In this document: piece after piece, positions 56,816 to 64,000 of the stretch
Position numbering within the stretch: position 1 is the stretch's first letter
Layout: each line of letters opens with the position of its first letter
From: Eubacteriales bacterium
GTDB taxonomy: Bacteria; Bacillota; Clostridia; Oscillospirales; SIG627
NCBI GenBank assembly: GCA_045536965.1
Contig: JAZSON010000021.1
Span: 26,797 to 90,796 of the forward strand
Direction: 5' to 3'
DNA length: 64,000 nucleotides
Notes under the pieces: model-generated
What the model was told of the DNA's origin: nothing
The model's input: the letters and a program-made list of their open reading frames with translations, nothing else
Database searches by the model: none
Made by a program: the position numbers and the translations under genes

Positions 56816-59800
56816 TTATTCATGCTTTTTATGCAAATAAATAAGGATTCCGAAACCAAGCGCAAGAAGTACAATGCCAACGAGGGGCAGGAGAGCCGCT
56901 TCGGAAAAGAGCCAAAAACCATCACTTTGTGTGTGGACAAGATGGCTGTGTCCGAAGTATTCTTTTCCGCTTTCATCTTTTGCGTACATGCAAAAGAGAT
57001 ATTCTTTATCCGCAGCAAGCTTTGCGACCTTTGTTTCAATATAGGGACTGTCGCTCTTTACTTCCAAAACCGTCCATTCGGTCCGGCCGTTTTCTTTGTA
57101 TGCAACACCAAAGGAAGTGGCGGATGCACCCAAAAAGGTGGAGATCCCCGCGATTTTGACAGATTTGTCCTCTTCAAGTAAATCCACGATGCTTAAATAG
57201 GGAAGTTCGGGACGGATACCGTAACTGTCAAACAAAAGATAATAAGTGCCGATTTTGGGTGCGCAGAAGGTGAGGGTATCACAAGAGGTATCCAGATCGG
57301 GAAGATATAAATATCCCGTTTCGCCGTTTTCATTATAAGCGCACACCACACCGACCGAGGCACGTGCAAAAGCAGAAACACACGAATCCAGCAAGTCAAT
57401 CTTTACCGTAATCAACACGCAATTTTTCAATGTTGTTTCATCATACCCCAATGTCAAATTACTGAGGGTATATACCGTACGGGCGGAAAGGCGAATGGTT
57501 TCTTTGGCAATGGTCACTCGATCGGCTTTATCGGCAAGCCAACCGCACATGGCATCATATCCATCCGACGAGCGATTGACGGTTTCGAGGGTAAGAGTGT
57601 GCTTTAAAGCCACATCTTCGTCGATACCCGTGGGAAGCTGATCGGTATAAACCAATGAAAAACCGTCGGGCATGGTGACAATTTCATTTTCAAAAGAATC
57701 TTCATACAAGGCGGTCACGAGGGCATTTTCAAACAAACAGATCCGCGTATCGGGAGAAGCCGCGTCTTCAAACACCACACCATTCTCCGAGATCCAGCCG
57801 AGAAACCGTTTATTTGCATCAGTATTGGCGTGAATGGAAATCCATACGCCAAGAGCGGCATTTTCACTGTCGGAAAAACCACCCTCAACCTTCAAATTCA
57901 GGGTAGGTTTGTAAAAAGACAGGATCCGGCCATCCAATGAAACGACCAAATCAAACAAACGAGCAAAATCACGCGATTCAATATATTCGCAGTCGTTTAT
58001 ACGGCAAAACGGATAGGACAAAACCTCTCTTGTGCCGCCGACGGAAATTTCACATGCATTGATCAAAAGTTGGATGGAAACATCCCCCGCTTCAATCAAA
58101 ACAAGGTCATTATACTGATAATAGGTGTTAATCTCCAAAATCTCCAAAAGGGTGGAAAGCGGCAGAAGATATACGCCGCCCGCGCTTTCAATCACGGGGG
58201 GTGTGTTGTTCAGGATCTTTTGGGGCAAGATCCATTTATTTTCGGTGATATCGACCGAAAAAGCGGCGGCAGGAAACGAATATGCTTCGGTAAGTGCCGA
58301 CACATTGACCTCTTGGTCAGGCATAACGAAAGTGGCTGTTTGCGAAAATGGATTTGAAAAGATAAAGTCTTCGCTTGATGCGGTCCAACGAACAAACCGG
58401 TGATTCTCGGGAAGTGTCGCCGTTAGAGTGACATGCGTACCCTCGGCTGCTTGGCTGCGATCTGCTTTGCCGCCACTAACCAAAACACTGTATGTCGGCT
58501 TTTTATCGACAATGGCTTTGATGCGGGTAATAGACTGTTTTTCTTTAACAATCGTTGTAAAGGCATCCGAATAGGTTTTTTCCGATTTTGTGACAGAGCC
58601 CGAAGGAGAAACGTAGGAGACCTCCCAACCCTTGAATATCTCGTCACTTTCCACCGTTGCCATCAAAGTGATCTTTTCTCCCTTGTCGGCAAACGCTTTG
58701 TCAGCGATACCGCCGCTGATGGTGACGGTGCGGGGAGACTCGACAAATTTTGCTTCCAGTTTAACGTCTTTATCGATCATGGTAAAGGTGGTAACAGCAT
58801 GCTTTTTATTGTCCAGTTTCAGTTTCTTGCCCGCGCTGTCTTCGCCCGAAATAATTTTCCATTCAAAAAAGACCATATTTTCGGGTGGTTGGGCCGTAAT
58901 GGTGATAACGGTACCCGCAATGGCGCGTTCTCGGGAACTTTTTCCGCCCACCACATCGATCAACAGACCCTCATCCTCAAACTGCGCAACAATAACCACG
59001 TTCCCCGCAGGCATGACAAACCGAGTGCTTAGAGAGGCAGGATCTTCGAATTTGACCTCGGTGGGACCTTCGTATATCCAACCAACGAACTTCTTTCCGA
59101 TAAAGGTAGAAGCGTTGATTTCGACCGTTTCGCCTGCGTTACATGCCAAAGCATCCGACTCTCCGCCTCGGATATCAACGGTATATATGGTTAGGGTCTC
59201 TCCACCGCTGCTTTGCAAAATCGGGTAGACGCAAACATCGTAATTCGGCATGGTGACGGTGGTTTGCTTATTTTTGGCATCGGTAAAAGTAACAGGCGTT
59301 TCGGGGGAATCAAACCAACGCTCAAACGTTTGTCCTTTTTGCGGGGTGACCTGTAACGAAACCGATTCACCGTAGGCTGCAAACCAGTGGGAAGATGTCG
59401 CACCCTCGGCGATCAAAGCATACACCTCGGTGGTTTTGGATGCATTCCAACGCATGGCGCGTTTGATCGAGGTGACGGCTTTATCATTGACATAGAGTTT
59501 ACCTTTGCCGAGACTGACAGCCGCGCCATCATCGTTATTGATTCCAATACCACCGCCGCCGAGAGCGATATATCCGTTTTTCAATTTTGATGTGTTCAGT
59601 TTGACGGTAGCACTTTCATCCTCTCCGCTCACCGCGATACCTGCGCCGCCAAATCGATAGACACCTGCCGAAAACTTTGCATTTTCATCTGCGGGAATCA
59701 GTTCAATGGAAGATTTGTCCATCATGAGAATACCACTGGAAAGGGCACCGCCACGCAATCTGCAATCACCCGCAAAGGTCAATTGAACCGATTTTTGGGG

Positions 59801-60136
59801 TGAAATTTCCATAACGGGATTGCCGCGGGAATAATCGCTTCCGCTTGGTTGTACGGCGATCAGATCTCGCATTTCGATTTTGGCTTGGTTGGAAACATAT
59901 ATTTTCAATTCAAACTCGGTATTGGGCGCGCCGACCAAAATATAGTTGCCACCCGTCAGAGTAAGCGATTTTGAAGAGTGACGATAGTTGTAGCCGCTTC
60001 CTTTGGTATCGGCTGTCAAAGAGGAAATTTGAATGGTCACGGGAGAAGAATCGGTTGCAAAAACAGGCAGCCAAAAAGTCGATATGAATGAAAAGAGGAG
60101 CAAAAAGGATATGGCAATTTTTCCCGCTTTTTTCAT
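56816..60136 (-). CDS. Multidomain surface protein: six divergent InlB B-repeat-like (Flg_new_2-type) units, a copper-amine-oxidase-N-like insert, an FN3-like domain and a C-terminal TM
   Basis: Signal peptide ending VFA; repeats V.GG......A.G..V.I.A....F..W......F.D......F.MP..V...A; C-terminal TM followed by HKKHE. Confidence 0.7.
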   Translation of the reverse strand: MKKAGKIAISFLLLFSFISTFWLPVFATDSSPVTIQISSLTADTKGSGYNYRHSSKSLTLTGGNYILVGAPNTEFELKIYVSNQAKIEMRDLIAVQPSGSDYSRGNPVMEISPQKSVQLTFAGDCRLRGGALSSGILMMDKSSIELIPADENAKFSAGVYRFGGAGIAVSGEDESATVKLNTSKLKNGYIALGGGGIGINNDDGAAVSLGKGKLYVNDKAVTSIKRAMRWNASKTTEVYALIAEGATSSHWFAAYGESVSLQVTPQKGQTFERWFDSPETPVTFTDAKNKQTTVTMPNYDVCVYPILQSSGGETLTIYTVDIRGGESDALACNAGETVEINASTFIGKKFVGWIYEGPTEVKFEDPASLSTRFVMPAGNVVIVAQFEDEGLLIDVVGGKSSRERAIAGTVITITAQPPENMVFFEWKIISGEDSAGKKLKLDNKKHAVTTFTMIDKDVKLEAKFVESPRTVTISGGIADKAFADKGEKITLMATVESDEIFKGWEVSYVSPSGSVTKSEKTYSDAFTTIVKEKQSITRIKAIVDKKPTYSVLVSGGKADRSQAAEGTHVTLTATLPENHRFVRWTASSEDFIFSNPFSQTATFVMPDQEVNVSALTEAYSFPAAAFSVDITENKWILPQKILNNTPPVIESAGGVYLLPLSTLLEILEINTYYQYNDLVLIEAGDVSIQLLINACEISVGGTREVLSYPFCRINDCEYIESRDFARLFDLVVSLDGRILSFYKPTLNLKVEGGFSDSENAALGVWISIHANTDANKRFLGWISENGVVFEDAASPDTRICLFENALVTALYEDSFENEIVTMPDGFSLVYTDQLPTGIDEDVALKHTLTLETVNRSSDGYDAMCGWLADKADRVTIAKETIRLSARTVYTLSNLTLGYDETTLKNCVLITVKIDLLDSCVSAFARASVGVVCAYNENGETGYLYLPDLDTSCDTLTFCAPKIGTYYLLFDSYGIRPELPYLSIVDLLEEDKSVKIAGISTFLGASATSFGVAYKENGRTEWTVLEVKSDSPYIETKVAKLAADKEYLFCMYAKDESGKEYFGHSHLVHTQSDGFWLFSEAALLPLVGIVLLALGFGILIYLHKKHE

Positions 60137-60179
60137 AATACCCTCCATAGAAAATTAAGTACATAAAAATTCAAAATAT

Positions 60180-60208
60180 AGTATACCCTATTTTCCCTAT
60201 CTTTTCAA
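60180..60208 (-). promoter_or_regulatory. SigA promoter of surface-protein gene
   Basis: Minus strand TTGAAA-17-TATACT. Confidence 0.6.
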
Positions 60209-60267
60209 GGGGAAATTCCCAGTATTGCCACAAAGTATAAAATATCACAAAAAATACCCACCAAACC

Positions 60268-60296
60268 TTGCAAATCATAAGAAAATGTAATATAAT
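60268..60296 (+). promoter_or_regulatory. SigA promoter of recJ-relA
   Basis: TTGCAA-17-TATAAT. Confidence 0.65.
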
Positions 60297-60329
60297 ATAC
60301 ATTAAAAATATTATAAGTTGAAGAGTAAG

Positions 60330-62480
60330 ATGAAAAAACAATGGATCTTAAAAACGGCGGATGAAGAAAATGTGCGCTCCCTTTCAGCCTCTCTTTCGGT
60401 CTCTCCCGCCTTTGCAAGAGTCCTCATCTCCCGTGGACTCAATACACCCGAATCGGCAAAAAACTTTTTGGACAACAGCGGCGATGTGTTTCTTTCACCG
60501 TTTTTATTGAATGATATGGACATTGCTGTCGATATCATTTTCAAGTCCCTCGCAAAAGGTGAAAAAATTCTGGTTTTCGGTGATTATGATGTGGACGGCG
60601 TGACCGCCACATCGGTTCTCTATTCCTATTTGACATCCCTCGGTGGGGAAATCTCTTATTATATCCCCAGCCGACACAAAGAGGGTTATGGGCTTTCTCT
60701 TTCGGCGGCAGAGACATTTGTTAAAGACGGCACAGCCCTTTTAATCACAACCGATACAGGCGTGACCGCCCACAAGGAAACGGCTTATTTGAAAGAAAAC
60801 GGTGTTTCGGTGATTGTGACCGACCATCACACCTGCGTAGATATTCTCCCCCCTGCCGATGCCGTTGTCAATCCCATGCGACCCGACAACGTCTATCCTT
60901 TCAAAGGGCTGGCGGGTGTGGGTGTTGCTTTTAAACTCATGACAGCGCTGGAAATGAAAAGAACGGGCCAATCGGTTACACAAGCGAGCAAGACATTACT
61001 CCAAAAGTACGGTGATCTGATTGCCATTGGCACCGTTGGCGACGTGATGCCCTTGACAAATGAAAACCGCGCCATTGTCACCCATGGTCTTGCAAGGCTT
61101 GAAAACACGGAAAACATCGGCTTAAAGGCCCTTCTTGATGTCATAGCCGAAGAATCCAGCGGGGCATCCCAGCGCAAAATCAATGCAGGATATATCAGTT
61201 ATGTTTTAGCCCCCCGCCTCAACGCTGTTGGCAGAATCGCCGACGCCTCGATGGCGGTAAATCTTTTAACCACCGAAAGCAGCCTTAACGCCATGAGCAT
61301 CGCAGGTAAGCTTTGCGACATTAACTTCACACGAAAAAATCTTGAAAACCAAATATACGAGGAAGCCATTCAATACATTGAGCAGGAAATCGATCTGGAA
61401 ACAACCCAATTCCTTGTGCTTGCAAACGATCATTGGCACCATGGTATTATCGGAATAGTCGCATCAAGGATTGCCGAAAAATACCACCGTTCTTGTATTT
61501 TAATTTCTTTTCGTAACGAAGCCGACGGCTCGGTTACAGACATTGGCAAAGGCTCGGGTCGCAGTGTTGGGAATTTGAATCTTGTCGAAGCTCTCTCCGC
61601 CGCTTCCGACATTCTCATTAAATACGGCGGTCACAAATCTGCTGCGGGACTTTCTCTTTCACGTGATCGCTTATCTACCCTCACCGAACACTTAAATCAA
61701 TTTGCATCGGGTGTATCGCAGGAGGAAACAGTCGGGTTGTCGGTGGACACCTATTTGCTCCCCCACGAGATCACCACCGATCTTGCCAAAGAGATCGCGG
61801 CATTACAGCCATACGGCACAGAAAACCCGCCCCCGCTCTTTCTTTTGAGAGATTATACCCTCACTTCGGTTACCCCCCTCTCGGGCGGTAAACACACAAG
61901 ACTTCATTTGGCACTCCCCAACGGCGGTAACATTCCTCTGCTTTGTTTTGGATTGGCTACCGCAGAGTGTCTCTTTTGCGCCGGGGATCGGCTGGATGTG
62001 GTCGCAACTTGCGAACTCAATTTATTCCAAAATCGCCAATCGGTTCAATTGACACTGACCGACATGCGGATTTCGGAAGATTTCTGCGCCGACCAAGAAA
62101 CCGATTTTTCGGCAGCGGACAGTATTTTGAAAACCGAAACGCACAATCCACCACTCGAGGATGTCCCCCTCGATCACGAGCTACCGTCCATCTATATGTA
62201 TATCAAAGAGGCGGTATCTACAACCGGCGCCGAAACCCGCCTATCCATCAGCGCAGCATCGGCCGACATTACCAGACAATACGGATTTTCATGCAGTCGC
62301 TTAAAATTGTTGCTTGCACTCAACATTTTCAGGGAATGTTCTCTTCTCACTTTAAACTGTTCCTCCTGCGATCAGCCCGTTTCCATTCGGTTGCTTCCAC
62401 GCAAAGAACAAAAAGTCCCCCTTGCAAGCTCCCGTCTGTATGTAAGATTGCGCCATTATTACAAATCTCAAACAAAATGA
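60330..62480 (+). CDS. recJ: ssDNA-specific exonuclease RecJ
   Basis: GDYDVDG, EGYGL, TDHH, GTVGDV, PRLNAVGR, GSGRS, GGHKSAAG. Confidence 0.96.
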   Translation: MKKQWILKTADEENVRSLSASLSVSPAFARVLISRGLNTPESAKNFLDNSGDVFLSPFLLNDMDIAVDIIFKSLAKGEKILVFGDYDVDGVTATSVLYSYLTSLGGEISYYIPSRHKEGYGLSLSAAETFVKDGTALLITTDTGVTAHKETAYLKENGVSVIVTDHHTCVDILPPADAVVNPMRPDNVYPFKGLAGVGVAFKLMTALEMKRTGQSVTQASKTLLQKYGDLIAIGTVGDVMPLTNENRAIVTHGLARLENTENIGLKALLDVIAEESSGASQRKINAGYISYVLAPRLNAVGRIADASMAVNLLTTESSLNAMSIAGKLCDINFTRKNLENQIYEEAIQYIEQEIDLETTQFLVLANDHWHHGIIGIVASRIAEKYHRSCILISFRNEADGSVTDIGKGSGRSVGNLNLVEALSAASDILIKYGGHKSAAGLSLSRDRLSTLTEHLNQFASGVSQEETVGLSVDTYLLPHEITTDLAKEIAALQPYGTENPPPLFLLRDYTLTSVTPLSGGKHTRLHLALPNGGNIPLLCFGLATAECLFCAGDRLDVVATCELNLFQNRQSVQLTLTDMRISEDFCADQETDFSAADSILKTETHNPPLEDVPLDHELPSIYMYIKEAVSTTGAETRLSISAASADITRQYGFSCSRLKLLLALNIFRECSLLTLNCSSCDQPVSIRLLPRKEQKVPLASSRLYVRLRHYYKSQTK

Positions 62481-62490
62481 GGTGACCTGC

Positions 62491-64000
62491 TTGTCCCAAG
62501 ATATTTCCGCCCTGCTTGCCATGATTGCAGGCAGCGGCATTGCCTATAACGTAGATAAAATCAAAGACGCCTATGAGTTTTCCAAAGAACTTCACGAAGG
62601 ACAATTCCGCAAATCAGGCGAACCGTATATCACCCATCCGATAGCGGTCGCCGAAATCGCCATGTCCTTAAAGCTCGATACCGATGCCATTTGCGCCTGC
62701 CTTTTGCACGACACCTTAGAGGATTGTCCGGGAAAGGTTGAGCTCAATGACATTAAAAAGAGATTCGGTGATGATACTGCTTTGATTGTTGATGGTCTGA
62801 CGAAACTCATCGCGCTTCCCTATTCTGACCGCGACGAACAAAAGATTGAGAATCTCCGTAAAATGTTCTTGGCCATGTCCAAGGATTTGCGCGTAATCTT
62901 CATCAAACTGTGCGACCGTCTCCATAATATGCGCACCCTCAGCTCACACGACGAAGAAAAGCAACGCATCATAGCTTTGGAGACCATGCACGTTTATGCC
63001 CCTCTTGCACATCGTTTGGGTATCCACAAGATCAAAGCAGAGCTTGAGATGCTTGCCCTTTTATATCTCGATCCCATCGGATATAACGAGGTGAGCGAAG
63101 ATATCGACAGACGTTACGGTCAAAACAAAGATTTTCTCATCAAAGCCCAAGACCTGATTCGTCAAAAACTAAAAACACAATCCTTTGATTTTTCTCTCGA
63201 AGGGCGTGTTAAGTCCATTTACAGCATGTATAAGAAAATCTACAATCAACACAAGAGTTTTGACGAAATTTATGACTTTTACGCCATCCGTGTCATTGTC
63301 AACACCGAGCTGGAATGCTATACAGTTCTCGGACTGATCCACGAGATGTTCAAATCAATGCCCGGTCGTTTTAAAGATTATATTTCCACCCCCAAGCCCA
63401 ATCTCTATCGTTCTATCCACACCACCGTCATCGGTCGTGACGGCATTCCCTTTGAAGTACAGATCCGTACACGGGAAATGCACAACGAAGCCCAGTACGG
63501 CTTGGCCGCGCACTGGAAATATAAAAGCGGTGTAAAAAGTGAAATCGACATCGACAAAAAACTCCAATGGATTCATACACTGCTTGAAAACGATGATCAC
63601 GTCGGAGATCCCGATGAATTCATCCGCCCCCTCAAAGTTGATATTTTCCAAGATGAAACCTTTGTTTTCACCCCCAAGGGAGATGTTGTGAACCTCCCCT
63701 CGGGCGCCACCGGTATAGACTTTGCCTATGCAATCCATACCCAAGTCGGCAACAAAATGGTTGGTCTGAAAATCAACGGCGCCATCGCTCCCATCGATTC
63801 CCAACTGCATACAGGTCAAATTGTGGAAGTCATTACCTCCAACGCCACAAGAGGCCCGAAGCGCGATTGGTTGGATATTGTCCAGACCTCTGAAGCGCGA
63901 AATAAAATCCGCCAATGGTACAAAAAAGAACAGCGAGAAGAAAACATTCTTTATGCCAAGGGTGAAATTGATAAAACCTTCCGCAAACTCAAATGCAATT
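62491..64000 (+). CDS. relA: Bifunctional (p)ppGpp synthetase/hydrolase Rel, 5' part (not in ORF track; runs off window)
   Basis: TTG after GAGGTG; HEGQFRKSGEPYITHP, LLHD, IKLCDRLHNMRTL, FKDYISTPKPN.Y.S.HT, EVQIRT, TGS domain DFAYAIHT. Confidence 0.95.
   Translation, partial: MSQDISALLAMIAGSGIAYNVDKIKDAYEFSKELHEGQFRKSGEPYITHPIAVAEIAMSLKLDTDAICACLLHDTLEDCPGKVELNDIKKRFGDDTALIVDGLTKLIALPYSDRDEQKIENLRKMFLAMSKDLRVIFIKLCDRLHNMRTLSSHDEEKQRIIALETMHVYAPLAHRLGIHKIKAELEMLALLYLDPIGYNEVSEDIDRRYGQNKDFLIKAQDLIRQKLKTQSFDFSLEGRVKSIYSMYKKIYNQHKSFDEIYDFYAIRVIVNTELECYTVLGLIHEMFKSMPGRFKDYISTPKPNLYRSIHTTVIGRDGIPFEVQIRTREMHNEAQYGLAAHWKYKSGVKSEIDIDKKLQWIHTLLENDDHVGDPDEFIRPLKVDIFQDETFVFTPKGDVVNLPSGATGIDFAYAIHTQVGNKMVGLKINGAIAPIDSQLHTGQIVEVITSNATRGPKRDWLDIVQTSEARNKIRQWYKKEQREENILYAKGEIDKTFRKLKCN

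Noticed and set aside
1-64000. tRNA, rRNA, CRISPR array, IS or prophage
   Set aside because: Intergenic spaces are short and largely explained by promoters and terminators; I saw no cloverleaf, regularly spaced repeats, transposase or phage genes.

Overview
Chromosomal window from a spore-forming Clostridia-like Firmicute (inferred from gene order and an intact sigK). Most of it is housekeeping: the yicC-remA-gmk-rpoZ-priA-def-fmt-rsmB-rlmN-prpC-prkC-rsgA block, sigK, the alaS operon, two phosphofructokinases divergent from fba, pdxK/ECF-S/yqeG/nfo/pepP/efp, a two-component system, yajC, thyA, recJ and the start of relA. The main accessory feature is a 14 kb tandem array (38664-52844, minus strand) of six paralogues of an uncharacterised, internally duplicated, His-rich right-handed beta-helix family. 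It comprises three predicted lipoproteins, two signal-less proteins and one copy broken by a ~2 kb internal deletion. Other oddities are a PASTA kinase with Glu in place of the activation-loop phospho-threonines, a PfkB-fold protein and a CapA-fold protein that have both lost their catalytic motifs, and a CD1247-like protein with a metallothionein-like tail. I saw no rRNA, tRNA, CRISPR array, transposase, integrase or reverse transcriptase. All family calls come from recognising motifs by eye; no database search was run.
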